In this document: one piece after another, positions 8,679 through 19,087 of the stretch
How the letters are laid out: the number at the start of each line of letters is the position of its first letter
How positions within the stretch are numbered: the first letter of the stretch is position 1
Origin: a virus
Lineage: Duplodnaviria; Caudoviricetes
Virus record (IMG/VR): IMGVR_UViG_3300003430_000018
Location: 1-46,581 of that record
DNA: 46,581 nucleotides
Direction: 5' to 3' (one strand)
The notes under the pieces: model-generated
Told to the model about the DNA's origin: nothing
The model's input: only the letters and a program-made list of their open reading frames with translations
The model's database searches: none
Made by a program: the position numbers and the translations under genes

Positions 8679-11404
8679 TATTTACCTATTAAATTGTAAG
8701 CAGGTCTTAATTGTGCTTTTAATCTTGTTTCCCATGTATTTTCATTGATAACATGAGTCACATTTGTTACTTGAAATACTACTACATCATCATTAAACGG
8801 AGGAGGTAAATTTGTAATTCTGAAAAATTCAAATGTCTTGATTCCTGAAATGCCCATCAAACTTATTTCAATTTCTACATTTCTTAACGGTGAATTATAA
8901 ATGTTTGTATTTGTTTTTAAATCACCATCATTTAACATATTGACCACAAGTTCTTCATGTGGCATTACAATATCTACTATATCATACTTGTCATAGTTAA
9001 CAGTTGTTGCTCCGCCAGTTCTTTGTGAAACAGGAGCAGTTTTAGTTTCATACAACGTAACTTGTAAAAATCCATCACCGTATTTGTTTCCGTCTTTTAA
9101 TATTTGTTTGAAATAATAATCAGTTGTGTCTGAATTCTTTTGGTTACTAGGCGTTTGATCAGTTGTTGATTTTGTTTTTAGAATTCTATCAGTATATACA
9201 ACCTTTGGTTTTGTACTATTTACATTATTTAACAAATTACTATAATCAAGCAATTGATTTGATGTAGTATAATCATATGAACCAGCTTTAAAAATAATTT
9301 GATTTGCTTGAGCATTTGATAAATTAGTTGTAAAGTTCAATTTTTTAATAATTGAATTATTTGTCATATACTCAAATTTATAAATTTCATGTGTATAATT
9401 TTTATCAGGCGGTCCTTTTGTGTCTACAATTTTTAATGTAGACTTTCCATTTACATCAGGAGCATCAACAACGGTCAATTCCCAAAAATTACAACTAGCT
9501 TCATTGATTTGTCTACAAATAACATCATACACTTCTTTTAGATTTTTGTTGTCTGGGTCCAAAAGAACACTTTGTAAAAAGTTCAAATTTATATAGATAT
9601 TTTTTAAATATCCACGTTGTAAATTATCTTTATTTGGTCTAACACCACCAAATGTTTGATCTATCGCTGGTATAGCAGTATGTTGTCTACTATTTTGATT
9701 ATTTGGTCTTTGTTTTGGACGAGGTTGATCATATAAATATCTTTTATCTTGAAAAGATTTTTTATCAAGCGGAATTTCTTTATTTGGTCTACCCCACACA
9801 TTTAAGATATAATCTAGATTTTGTCTTTGCAATTTACCAAGAAATCCAGCAGTTTTTGCTAATGCACAATCCGCACCAACGTTATTATTCTTTTTGAAAG
9901 AAAAGCTACCAGTTGGTGAATATATATCATAACTTTGATCCAATACAGGATTACCATTTGGGGTTCCATTATTATTTACATCTAATACATCACCGCCTAG
10001 TTCATTATAAATCTGTGAAGTAAATGGTAATGCTGCACCGGCAGTTCCTATTATAGTAGAAACGGTTCCTATCGCAGCGGAAGCTTGAATTTTTGGTTTT
10101 ACATTTCCAAGTGCAACTTTTAAAAGTTTACCTGACAATCTTGAGTTTAATTTGGGAGCATTAGCATTTGGAATCAATACAGTCTTTTTTGTTGATATTA
10201 AATTATCATGTGCGCCAATTGTAATGTCATCAATATTTAAATCAAAAAAGTATTGTGCATAATCTTTAACATCACCAATATTTTTTATTCCATTTAAAAC
10301 GTCAACCAATAAATCCATGGTTATCCATGTAAAATCTGGCCCTTTTTTATTATTAGCATCAAAATCTCTTTCTGCTGTATAATTAATTACTTGTTTATTT
10401 CTGCCGCTAAAAATATGATCAGGTAAATTTTCAAATTTAGATCCATATTTTTTCTCATAACCATCATTTGATCTTAATATTTTTGCAAAATCTTCATTTA
10501 ATCCAGATTGACTATTACCTTGGTTGTCAGTAGCAGTCACGCTATTAACAAATGTCTCCACCAAAATTTTATATTTTGTTCTAAATTCACTTTCTTTATC
10601 ATTTAAATTTCCGTCTTTGTTAATTATTTTTCCGTTAACAATATTTTCTTGTGAATCTTTTCTAAAACCAGAATAAAGAAGTTGTCTGCTTGCAACTTCA
10701 GTCATTCCAGTAATAATATTATCATTAATAGTATATTCAAAATTTACAACTTGACCAATTAAAAACTCATAGTTTCCTTTTGACTTTGGAACATATTCTG
10801 AATATCTGTTGTAATGGTTATCCCATATGTCTATAATTTGATTAAAATCTGATAAATTAATCAATGATCTTTGATCAAATGTATTCCATCCAAACTCAAC
10901 AATTACCGTTTGAAGCGGGGTCAAAAAATATGGAGTAATTGCTTTTAATTGTTCCACTGAATGACATACCCAATTTATTTTTGCTTTTGCAAACCATGAT
11001 TTTTGTATTTCAGTTTCAATACTAATAATACCAGGATCAGGTATATTTGGTCTTGTAGATGATTCTATATACTTTGGTTGCAATTTACAGTTATATCCAT
11101 ACATTTGTTTAGACACACCATATGGTACCTTTCCATCAATTCCATATCTATTGAAAAATCCATCTCCACTTACAAATGCCAATCCCCATTCATTATCATT
11201 GTCACTTATTAAATTTGGATTATCATATTCAACCATTCCATTTGAAAACACTCTGACCCATGCTTTTCTAGGACCAGCATACTGTGGCAAATCACCTTTA
11301 AACTGACCTTGTATTCCTGTTGATAAGGAATTTTTTCTATAGTCAAGTTCATCTATAACCCACTTTTCAAATGGGCCTGCTTCCCATGGTCTTTCTTTGG
11401 ACAT
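8678..11404 (-). CDS. Putative baseplate hub protein (gp27 / Mu gp44-like)
   Basis: Position after the LysM wedge gene. C-terminal pattern 'IEISLMGISGI...F.I.NLP...FQV..VTH.I...WETRLKA' resembles contractile-tail hub proteins. Confidence 0.6.
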   Translation of the reverse strand: MSKERPWEAGPFEKWVIDELDYRKNSLSTGIQGQFKGDLPQYAGPRKAWVRVFSNGMVEYDNPNLISDNDNEWGLAFVSGDGFFNRYGIDGKVPYGVSKQMYGYNCKLQPKYIESSTRPNIPDPGIISIETEIQKSWFAKAKINWVCHSVEQLKAITPYFLTPLQTVIVEFGWNTFDQRSLINLSDFNQIIDIWDNHYNRYSEYVPKSKGNYEFLIGQVVNFEYTINDNIITGMTEVASRQLLYSGFRKDSQENIVNGKIINKDGNLNDKESEFRTKYKILVETFVNSVTATDNQGNSQSGLNEDFAKILRSNDGYEKKYGSKFENLPDHIFSGRNKQVINYTAERDFDANNKKGPDFTWITMDLLVDVLNGIKNIGDVKDYAQYFFDLNIDDITIGAHDNLISTKKTVLIPNANAPKLNSRLSGKLLKVALGNVKPKIQASAAIGTVSTIIGTAGAALPFTSQIYNELGGDVLDVNNNGTPNGNPVLDQSYDIYSPTGSFSFKKNNNVGADCALAKTAGFLGKLQRQNLDYILNVWGRPNKEIPLDKKSFQDKRYLYDQPRPKQRPNNQNSRQHTAIPAIDQTFGGVRPNKDNLQRGYLKNIYINLNFLQSVLLDPDNKNLKEVYDVICRQINEASCNFWELTVVDAPDVNGKSTLKIVDTKGPPDKNYTHEIYKFEYMTNNSIIKKLNFTTNLSNAQANQIIFKAGSYDYTTSNQLLDYSNLLNNVNSTKPKVVYTDRILKTKSTTDQTPSNQKNSDTTDYYFKQILKDGNKYGDGFLQVTLYETKTAPVSQRTGGATTVNYDKYDIVDIVMPHEELVVNMLNDGDLKTNTNIYNSPLRNVEIEISLMGISGIKTFEFFRITNLPPPFNDDVVVFQVTNVTHVINENTWETRLKAQLRPAYNLIGK

Positions 11405-11405
11405 A

Positions 11406-11714
11406 TTAAGAATTAATTAGTGTAAAATTTTGTAAAATTGTTTGTATATCAGTTGGTATTCTCAATTGTTTGTTTATATCCAAACTAAGTTTACCTTTAC
11501 CCAAATTGTTTGCAACCGCAATTATCCACCATAAACTCACATCATTATAATATCTATAAGCTATTTGGTCAAGATAATCATTGTCTGACACTGTAATATA
11601 GATATCACTTGGAGACTCTGGTATAGCTGGATATAATAAAGTTTTATATACCCTTTTTCCATCCCATCTTTTATCTATTGTTGTGTAGTCATATCTATTC
11701 ATATAATTATCCAA
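11406..11714 (-). CDS. LysM-like baseplate wedge protein (T4 gp53 / P2 gpX-like)
   Basis: DYLDQIAYRYYND.SLWWIIAVAN...QLRIP signature. Confidence 0.85.
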   Translation of the reverse strand: MDNYMNRYDYTTIDKRWDGKRVYKTLLYPAIPESPSDIYITVSDNDYLDQIAYRYYNDVSLWWIIAVANNLGKGKLSLDINKQLRIPTDIQTILQNFTLINS

Positions 11715-13818
11715 TTTCCATCATGTCAATTTCTCCTGTACGTCTTGCATTAAACTCTTCTTGTTGTTCAATTTCTTGTGCGCTTGCCAAAACAGATAAC
11801 TGTCTTTCAAATGGACCTCCTGTTCTGATATCACCAAAGTTATTTCTACCAACTTTTGGTTTTTCTTTTTCAAGAATATTTGCGTCTATGTTTATTTCAA
11901 CTTCTCTTGGAAACTGTGCTACAGTTACATTATCATTTGTTTTTAATCTTCCTTTCAAGTATTCAAATGTATTAGTAGTATCAGAAATAGTTTCCCAAGT
12001 TGCATTGTCTGGAATTGTCATACCAATACTGTTAATAACTATTGGTTGATCTTTATATATATCTCCAATGGTGATCATAACCAAAGGTGGAACAATAAAT
12101 CCATTTTTATAATTTACTGGTTTTGTCAATCCCATCAAGTAATTGATTCTTTGCCACATTGGGAAAAGTTCTTTCACACTCATTGCAACTACAGAAAAAT
12201 TGAATCCAAGTCCTCTAGTGAATCCTTTGTAGTTATATACTTTATCTGCATTTCCAATATATTGAAAATCATCCCATGTTGATACAGATCTTTCATTTAT
12301 AGCTTTTACAGTTGCTCTAAATGGTATATATTTTTGATTGTATATATCATAAAAATAAAACTTAATCAGATCTTTATCAATAAATGCATCTGTACTGGAT
12401 TGTACATTTAATATGTTAATTAAATCACTTTTATTAACACCTGCAAATCCTTTTCCTTCTGGATCATCTAATAAATCTTTTCCGTTCTTATATTTTTTAT
12501 ATTCACGTATATAGGTGATTTGATCTTGATCTTGTCTGTCTTCAAGTTTTGTTGGAGGATCATATGTATAATTTGATCTTAATATAAGTTCAAGTTTTTG
12601 AAGTTGTTCATTAGCTAAAATTGTCTGCGGAGAAGTTGGAACTTGAAATTTTGTTGGATAATTACTGTTCAATAAATAATCAGTAAACAAAAATAAAATA
12701 TCTGATACTTCAAATCCAGGATTTAAAACGTTAATTCCAGCAAAATATGTTTTATTGACAGCACCTATGAATGAAAAACCTTCACCAATTTTCATTGAAT
12801 TTATATCAATTGAAAAACTTTCAGCACTATATTTTGAAATTGCACTATTGTATTGACCTACATATCTTGAATATTTATCAAATGTAGGAGTTCCTTCTAA
12901 ATCTCTGTTATCAGGCCCAAATCTTTGAACTGCACCTAAAGTATCATACGTATTAACACCATTCTTATCATATGAAACAATTCTTTTATTGTTAACCATC
13001 AAATTATATGTTTGATCATCACCCTTATATATTGTTCCATCTGGTTGTCCAATTGCAGAAAATGTACCAAACAATGTACTACTCTTGAAATAGTTTGCAA
13101 TGTTTTTAATAAAGCCAGGTTTACTTGGACTACTTAAATATTTGTAATTTTGTCCACTATAAGCTGCTTGTGCAGTTGCACCTCTTGTTAATCCCTTACC
13201 ATCACCAGGATTTATAATTGACAGTGGAGTACCACCTTGACCAGGAGCAGTACCTCTTGGAGGAGGATTTGGTGGATTGAATCCAAATGCACTTGCAACT
13301 CCTTTTACACCCAAAGCACCAAGAACACCACCCAAATTTGGTTCAATGTGTCTTAATGGTCTATCCAAAATACCAAATGATGCTACTCTTAAAGTTGCTT
13401 GAATTGGCATCAATGGATTATATAACTTAGTTTCATTAAAAGGTTGATATCCTTGTAGATATATTTGTTTTAATAAAAATTTGATACCAGGATTTGATGC
13501 GGAATACTTGGTTACTCTAACAACATCTATTACAGCAGAAGGTTGTAGTGGTGACCATTTAAGAGTGGAATTAATACCTTTATTTGCATCATTTATATTG
13601 GTTACAATATAAGGTTGATTTGCACCAATTATTCCGCCAGATTCACCTTGTGGATATGGACTATACTTACTATAAAGAACACTACTGTTTGGAGTAAAAA
13701 GAACGCTTAATTTATTTGGATCTCTTTCATTTACAGCAGCAGGCAAAACCAAACCAGCACCTTGTATTTGTGCGTTTGTTGTTGTTTCTGGATTATTTAG
13801 ATTTGTTGAATTTGCCAT
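11707..13818 (-). CDS. Baseplate / tail-tube initiator-like structural protein
   Basis: Lies between tape measure and LysM genes. C-terminal domain 'IPFRA...W....YIG....Y.YKGFTR...F.F...PPLV..TIGD' resembles tube-initiator folds (gp48/gp54-like). Confidence 0.55.
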   Translation of the reverse strand: MANSTNLNNPETTTNAQIQGAGLVLPAAVNERDPNKLSVLFTPNSSVLYSKYSPYPQGESGGIIGANQPYIVTNINDANKGINSTLKWSPLQPSAVIDVVRVTKYSASNPGIKFLLKQIYLQGYQPFNETKLYNPLMPIQATLRVASFGILDRPLRHIEPNLGGVLGALGVKGVASAFGFNPPNPPPRGTAPGQGGTPLSIINPGDGKGLTRGATAQAAYSGQNYKYLSSPSKPGFIKNIANYFKSSTLFGTFSAIGQPDGTIYKGDDQTYNLMVNNKRIVSYDKNGVNTYDTLGAVQRFGPDNRDLEGTPTFDKYSRYVGQYNSAISKYSAESFSIDINSMKIGEGFSFIGAVNKTYFAGINVLNPGFEVSDILFLFTDYLLNSNYPTKFQVPTSPQTILANEQLQKLELILRSNYTYDPPTKLEDRQDQDQITYIREYKKYKNGKDLLDDPEGKGFAGVNKSDLINILNVQSSTDAFIDKDLIKFYFYDIYNQKYIPFRATVKAINERSVSTWDDFQYIGNADKVYNYKGFTRGLGFNFSVVAMSVKELFPMWQRINYLMGLTKPVNYKNGFIVPPLVMITIGDIYKDQPIVINSIGMTIPDNATWETISDTTNTFEYLKGRLKTNDNVTVAQFPREVEINIDANILEKEKPKVGRNNFGDIRTGGPFERQLSVLASAQEIEQQEEFNARRTGEIDMMEIG

Positions 13819-13822
13819 ATAA

Positions 13823-16309
13823 TTATGTTAAGCTTGTTTGCATTGCTACTCCGCCTGAATCCAATCTGAATCCTACATTCTTAGAAATTCCGGTGATCAT
13901 CTTTTGACCGTCTAAGTCAACGTTTATTGTTATATTACCAATACCTTCTTTAATACCTTGTTTTATAGCTCCTACTATAGATGCTTGATTAATAGCAAGT
14001 TCATTAGCAACAGCAGCATTGTTTGTATTAACTGGCATACCAGCTTCATTTGTTTTATTGATCATGTCAGTAAATGAAGGCAACTTTGGTCCGCCAATTA
14101 ATCCTGAGATAAGGTTAAATCCAGTTCTAAATGGTGCTGTTATAGCATCTAATAAAGATGCACCAATTGATTGAACTCCGTGTAAAATAGCAAGTCCAAT
14201 TTCAGACGGAGAATTTGCTGATAATCCGCTATCATTTGAAAACCATTTTTTAAATGCATTAAACGGCCACATTAATAAATCAAATATTGGTTGTACAACT
14301 GCTTTTAGTCCACCAACTAAACCGCCCCATAGTTTTTCAAAAAAATTGCCTTCAGTATTGGCATATCCATCTATGAATCCTGCAATTGCTTGGAATGCGT
14401 TTACAACTAAACCAATTGGTCCTAAAAATTTAGAAAACGTACCTAAAAATCCAGAAAATCTTCCAAAAAATCCAAAACTTCTAGAAATAGAAACTCCCAT
14501 CGCACTAAATGCGCCTAGTAAACTTTTACCATATTGTAGTGATTTTACAAAAGCATTTATTGGTTTGATTATAAATAACCAAGGAGATAAAAATGCTGTA
14601 CTTGCTAATGTAATAAGTTTAACAAATGTTAAAATTGGAGGTAAAATTTCATTTAAAACACGTAACAAAGGTTCAACTACATCCATTACTGGCTTTGCTA
14701 ATTCCATCATCAATTTATTAAATTGATTTTGTAATTGATTAATTCTTTCTTGATTAGCTTGTTGTCTTAATCTAAGTTCTGCTTGTTTACCGATATCTTT
14801 TGCTTCTACATCTCTCATCCCCTTCATTTTTTGCATTTCATTCAATTGTTTTTTCTGTTCAGCAGTACCATTCATTCTTATGTAATTAAGCTCTTTATCA
14901 GCTTGAATCATTTCTTGCAATTCAGTGACTGTTTTTCCTGATGCTTTTGCAAATGCTTCTGCTTGAAATGGGTCCATTGCATCAAAATTCATGCTCTTTG
15001 CAACCTTTAAAATTTCTCTATTAGCACCAAGTATATCTTTTCTATAAGCCAATTCTCTTGCTCTTTGAAATGTGATATTTGTACCCAACAAAACACTAGC
15101 TTCAATTTCATCCGTTATACTAGCATTAAAATCCAATAATTTTTTAGCAGTATCTGCCATTTTTTGGAATGTTGTTCCCATTTGTCTAGCCTCAACTGTG
15201 CCTTTAATTAGATTTACTACTGAACTTCCAGTATAAATTCTTATATCATCAGATGCGTCTGCAATTTCTTTCATTATTTCAGGCAAAGGAACTCCGGCCG
15301 CATTTGCCATAGCTTTTGTAAAACCAATCATTCCTTTTTGAGATGCAGCGGTACCTCTGGATATACTAGAAATTGACTTTAAAAATTTTGCACTTTCTGC
15401 TTCACTAATTCCAAGTTGTGCTGATAAAACAGATACATCTTTTACTAAATCTTTATTTACTGCAACCAACGCATTAAATTCTTTGCCAATTGCAGTAGTT
15501 GCTGCAACTACGTTATCAAACGTAACACCTAAATCAGCCAAGTCAATTGCAAGTGTCTTAACGTTTTTTTCCAAAACATCAAAATCACCTCTTAAGAATC
15601 CAAAACTTTTTCTGAGAGTAAATGCTGCTTTATCAAATTCAAAATACATTTTTACACCTTTAACAATAATATCTTTCCAAGTTGGAACTGTGCCTGATAA
15701 AAGTTTACCAAACTCACCCATACTGCTCACAGCATCACCAAGAACATTTTTAAATGCATTAAAAATTCTATTATTTCTTTCTAAAGCAGGAGTAAATCCT
15801 CTAATTGTTGTCAATTGATCATTTAGTCTTTGAAGTACTCGACTTTGATTATTTGCCGTAGATGACACATAACGAAGTTCTGCACCACGTAATACATTTT
15901 GTATTTGTAATGATTCTATTGTTTTTAAACGTTCCGCAGCATTTAATCTTGCAATTTGAGCATTTGTCTGTAATGCTCTAATCTGCGCGGATGCAAGTCT
16001 AATTTGTAATACAATTTCTTCTTTCTTAAATGCAAGTCCAACACTATCCAAATATGAAGATTTGGATTTAATTTCATTAATTCTATTTTGAACTGCTTCT
16101 TGTAACTTTTGTGAAGTTAAATATCTTTCTGCCAAATTTGCGTTTGCAGCAGCTGCATTAATTATATTTTTAAAATTATTACCAAGTACGTCAGTTTCTC
16201 TGTTGATTTTTGTAAATACGTCTCTAAGTGATTGGCTTAAACTAGTTAAGTCTTTAACACTTTTTTCTAATTCATCAACATCACTTATTGTTACGGTCGG
16301 TTTTGCCAT
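13823..16309 (-). CDS. Tail tape measure protein
   Basis: 828 aa, Ala/Lys/Leu-rich and helical, with a hydrophobic Gly/Phe-rich C-terminal third. Directly follows the tail chaperone. Confidence 0.85.
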   Translation of the reverse strand: MAKPTVTISDVDELEKSVKDLTSLSQSLRDVFTKINRETDVLGNNFKNIINAAAANANLAERYLTSQKLQEAVQNRINEIKSKSSYLDSVGLAFKKEEIVLQIRLASAQIRALQTNAQIARLNAAERLKTIESLQIQNVLRGAELRYVSSTANNQSRVLQRLNDQLTTIRGFTPALERNNRIFNAFKNVLGDAVSSMGEFGKLLSGTVPTWKDIIVKGVKMYFEFDKAAFTLRKSFGFLRGDFDVLEKNVKTLAIDLADLGVTFDNVVAATTAIGKEFNALVAVNKDLVKDVSVLSAQLGISEAESAKFLKSISSISRGTAASQKGMIGFTKAMANAAGVPLPEIMKEIADASDDIRIYTGSSVVNLIKGTVEARQMGTTFQKMADTAKKLLDFNASITDEIEASVLLGTNITFQRARELAYRKDILGANREILKVAKSMNFDAMDPFQAEAFAKASGKTVTELQEMIQADKELNYIRMNGTAEQKKQLNEMQKMKGMRDVEAKDIGKQAELRLRQQANQERINQLQNQFNKLMMELAKPVMDVVEPLLRVLNEILPPILTFVKLITLASTAFLSPWLFIIKPINAFVKSLQYGKSLLGAFSAMGVSISRSFGFFGRFSGFLGTFSKFLGPIGLVVNAFQAIAGFIDGYANTEGNFFEKLWGGLVGGLKAVVQPIFDLLMWPFNAFKKWFSNDSGLSANSPSEIGLAILHGVQSIGASLLDAITAPFRTGFNLISGLIGGPKLPSFTDMINKTNEAGMPVNTNNAAVANELAINQASIVGAIKQGIKEGIGNITINVDLDGQKMITGISKNVGFRLDSGGVAMQTSLT

Positions 16310-16349
16310 ATTTTATACTACAATAAATATATAAAATATGAACTTTAAA

Positions 16350-16562
16350 CTATCTTTTAATTGTTTTTGGAGATTCTTTTGAAGTGGATTTGTCCATTGC
16401 TTCTGATTCTTTCATCTTTGTATCAGCCAGTAACTTGTAATAAAAGTTCCTCAAAAACACTGGTAAGTTGTAACCAATGTTTTGATCAAATGCTCCTTGG
16501 GAATAATAACCTAATTCAAATATCTGTTTATGTACAAACAGTTTATATTCAGCTGTTAGGCC
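16350..16562 (-). CDS. Frameshift extension of the tail chaperone (gp51 / lambda gpT-like), 70 aa, no start codon of its own
   Basis: Not in the ORF track. The +1 frame after T7 (16569-16563) reads GLTAEYKLFVHKQIFELGYYSQGAFDQNIGYNLPVFLRNFYYKLLADTKMKESEAMDKSTSKESPKTIKR*. An in-frame TGA lies a few codons upstream of the T-run. Confidence 0.75.
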   Translation of the reverse strand, partial: GLTAEYKLFVHKQIFELGYYSQGAFDQNIGYNLPVFLRNFYYKLLADTKMKESEAMDKSTSKESPKTIKR

Positions 16563-17382
16563 AAAAAAATTGTACCGTCATCGGTACCTCCGATCTATCC
16601 TCAGAGTTACAGTTAGGACAAGTAAAATTAAATGTCATGTCCAAATCGGGTGAATTTTGACGGATAAACTTTCTTAACTCAATACTATCTCTTGATAAGA
16701 GTTCAGTATCAACAAACTTTCTGATAAGTACTTTATCAGTATTACCGTCAATTGATGTAATTACATGTTTCAATCTAGTAGTAATTTCTGCACTTTGACC
16801 ACCTTTGTTTAACTTGGATATAGATTTCAACTCATTTTCAATTTGTTGTTCTTCTAATGAAGTGGCCAATTTAACAGTAACTAACTTTTTTGAATATGGA
16901 AGAGTAAAACTGACATTATTTTCACCTTTTGTGAATTTATTGGCATCAAATTCTTTGTCTTTCAATTCAGATAGATTGATGTCAATCTTTGATTCTTCTC
17001 TACAATTCTTACAAACTACACCTACAGGACCATAACTATCACCATATGCCAATCTTCTTGCAGCAACATACAATGCATTTTTGTCACCAATCAATATATT
17101 TTCAATCTTAATTGACTTATCAACAATCAAAGACTCAAGTAGTTTATCTAAAACAACACCTTTTTTGATGAGATTTTCACTGGTAAGAATATCTTCTTCC
17201 TTAGCAGTCATCATCTTCAACTCAACTTTGCCTGATGATAACGGATCATTTTCTTTATAAAAGAACCCTTTACTTGGTAATTCAATTACCTCAGTAGGAA
17301 ATGTCACCTCTTGTTTTTGTGGGGGTGGGGGTGCTTGAAAAGATTGTGGTCTTGTAATTGGTACTGTGAAATTTTCTTCCAT
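16549..17382 (-). CDS. Baseplate hub / tail assembly chaperone (T4 gp26-like)
   Basis: LPSKG..Y, MTAKEEDIL, AR..AYG..Y, two CxxC pairs (CKNC, CPNC), ends in FFWP. Upstream of the tape measure gene. Confidence 0.8.
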   Translation of the reverse strand: MEENFTVPITRPQSFQAPPPPQKQEVTFPTEVIELPSKGFFYKENDPLSSGKVELKMMTAKEEDILTSENLIKKGVVLDKLLESLIVDKSIKIENILIGDKNALYVAARRLAYGDSYGPVGVVCKNCREESKIDINLSELKDKEFDANKFTKGENNVSFTLPYSKKLVTVKLATSLEEQQIENELKSISKLNKGGQSAEITTRLKHVITSIDGNTDKVLIRKFVDTELLSRDSIELRKFIRQNSPDLDMTFNFTCPNCNSEDRSEVPMTVQFFWPNS

Positions 17383-17440
17383 AAAATGTATAACTTGTAC
17401 ACATATATATAAAAGAATCTAAATATTTGATTTATTTTAT

Positions 17441-18388
17441 TTAAATTGATACCGCAGACAATTCTTTTTGAGCAGCAGATAAGTATACTTTAGCTTGTTT
17501 TACTTCTTCCTCTGCAGTTTTAACTGAATCTTGAGCATCTTTTCTTTGTTTTGCTAAATCAGCTGCATTTGTTTGTTCCTTAACTTCAGCAGGTGGTTTT
17601 TCATTCTTTACATCTGTTGGTGTTACTTGAGTCTTGGTTAAATTTGACAATCTAACTTTAGCAGCTTTTAACTTTTCTTCTTTTGCTTTTAATTCAGCTC
17701 TTCTTTGATTAACAAAAGCAGATTTTGTTTTTTTTGTAGTATCTTTAATTGCGTCTTCTTTTAGAATAGAAATTATTCTTTTCAACTTAGATTCAATACT
17801 TTCATTCACTTTATTATACTTAAACTTCTGTGTCAAATCTTTAAATAAAGCAATATCATACCATCCAAAGATGAATCTGAAGAACTTTTCTTTTTGTTCA
17901 TCAGTGTATTTATCAGATCCCAACATTTGTCTTACAGCGGTACCACTTAAAATTCTACCATCAACCATGGTTTGACTTTCTGGTATAATCAGTACATATC
18001 CACTCTTACTAAGAGGGTCTAATTGGTTTGTGTCTCCCTTGAATGACTTGAAATAACCGCCTTGATCTACTTTTAGTCTTTCTGCATCTTTTTGACCCAA
18101 TGCAAATATTACGCTAGTCTTATCTGGATCATACTTCTGTGTAATTTCTAATGATTTGTAGGGACTTTTTGTTTGTACAATGTGATCAGGTGCTACACCG
18201 TGTCTTACCCAGATTTGTTGTTTTTCACCAAATGTAAGTGGAGAGTCTGGTAGTTCTACTTTACCACTAGTAGAAACGTAGGTGTCATTTCCAGTTATTG
18301 ACTTTAAAAAATTAAAGGCATTTAAATGACCTCTGTGTGGTGGGTGAAATCTACCAGGATATATTCCAATTACGCTTTTCAAGTTCAT
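17441..18388 (-). CDS. HxGH-family nucleotidyltransferase (cytidylyltransferase / NMNAT-like) with C-terminal coiled coil
   Basis: YPGRFHPPHRGH, SPL...EK, G.KD..R, SGTAVR. The last about 115 aa are a Lys/Ala/Glu-rich coiled coil. Confidence 0.8.
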   Translation of the reverse strand: MNLKSVIGIYPGRFHPPHRGHLNAFNFLKSITGNDTYVSTSGKVELPDSPLTFGEKQQIWVRHGVAPDHIVQTKSPYKSLEITQKYDPDKTSVIFALGQKDAERLKVDQGGYFKSFKGDTNQLDPLSKSGYVLIIPESQTMVDGRILSGTAVRQMLGSDKYTDEQKEKFFRFIFGWYDIALFKDLTQKFKYNKVNESIESKLKRIISILKEDAIKDTTKKTKSAFVNQRRAELKAKEEKLKAAKVRLSNLTKTQVTPTDVKNEKPPAEVKEQTNAADLAKQRKDAQDSVKTAEEEVKQAKVYLSAAQKELSAVSI

Positions 18389-18424
18389 GTTATATAAATA
18401 TAGTACTTAATTGTTAATGTACAT

Positions 18425-18454
18425 AAAAAAACTCCTTGTTTTATCAAGGAGTTT
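18425..18454 (-). terminator. Rho-independent terminator after the tail tube gene
   Basis: AAACTCCTTG-6 nt-CAAGGAGTTT inverted repeat followed by a T-run on the minus strand. Confidence 0.8.
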
Positions 18455-18479
18455 AAAAAGGATAAATGTTTTGTTTTTA

Positions 18480-18971
18480 TTAGTATTGTAGAATACAGTA
18501 ATCTACAGATAGAGTCAAACTAATGGTTGCTGGATCACCACTATCAGTCCAATCCATTTCACCAAAGTCAGCACTGGTGATGAATGCACCTTTTAATGTC
18601 CATTCTTCTACTTTATCACCTACTGGACCTAGAACGTTGACGGTTAGATCCTTCTTATAGAAGTCACTATAACCATCACGGCCAGTTACGGATTCATGGC
18701 TCAAACGTACCCATTCCATTACTGCTTGAGCACCAGATGGTACAATTGGATCATATAGTTCCATTGTAATGTTATCCCATGTGGTTTTGCCTTTGTAGTA
18801 ACGTTGGATGTTGATGTGATCCAATGTCTTCTTTTCACTGGTTACTGTTGGTCTCTTGACTTTTCTAATCAAGAAACTTGGAATACCATCACAGTACAAT
18901 AGAAACCTATTTTTGACTTTTGGTTCAAATTGTGTAAAGAATATTTCATTACTGTTTAGTAGATCTGCCAT
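18480..18971 (-). CDS. Tail tube protein (T4 gp19-like)
   Basis: FEPK..NRF, W..IT..LYDPI.PS..QAVMEW, YKKD.....LGPVGD.VEEW.LKGAF, L.LS.DY. 163 aa. Confidence 0.9.
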   Translation of the reverse strand: MADLLNSNEIFFTQFEPKVKNRFLLYCDGIPSFLIRKVKRPTVTSEKKTLDHINIQRYYKGKTTWDNITMELYDPIVPSGAQAVMEWVRLSHESVTGRDGYSDFYKKDLTVNVLGPVGDKVEEWTLKGAFITSADFGEMDWTDSGDPATISLTLSVDYCILQY

Positions 18972-19004
18972 AAATTTTTAAATCCTTATTTAGTTGTTGT
19001 AATA

Positions 19005-19012
19005 ATAAATAT
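19005..19012 (-). promoter_or_regulatory. Candidate late promoter motif ATATTTAT (representative copy, upstream of tail tube)
   Basis: The same 8-mer occurs on the coding strand upstream of genes at 6864-6871, 16323-16330, 18394-18401, 21899-21906, 38530-38537 and 43514-43521. Confidence 0.6.
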
Positions 19013-19087
19013 AAATTAAAAGTACTTTTTTTTAAATTGTGTTTTAATTTTTAAATAGTTATACTCTATACAAACCAAACTCCAATT

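Noticed and set aside
16361-16660. Plus-strand 99-aa ORF
   Set aside because: Antisense to the chaperone and its frameshift extension, TTG start, no recognisable motif.
18393-18400. Canonical T4 late promoter TATAAATA on the plus strand (also near 38529 and 43513)
   Set aside because: It points away from the adjacent minus-strand genes. Better read as the ATATTTAT motif on the coding strand.
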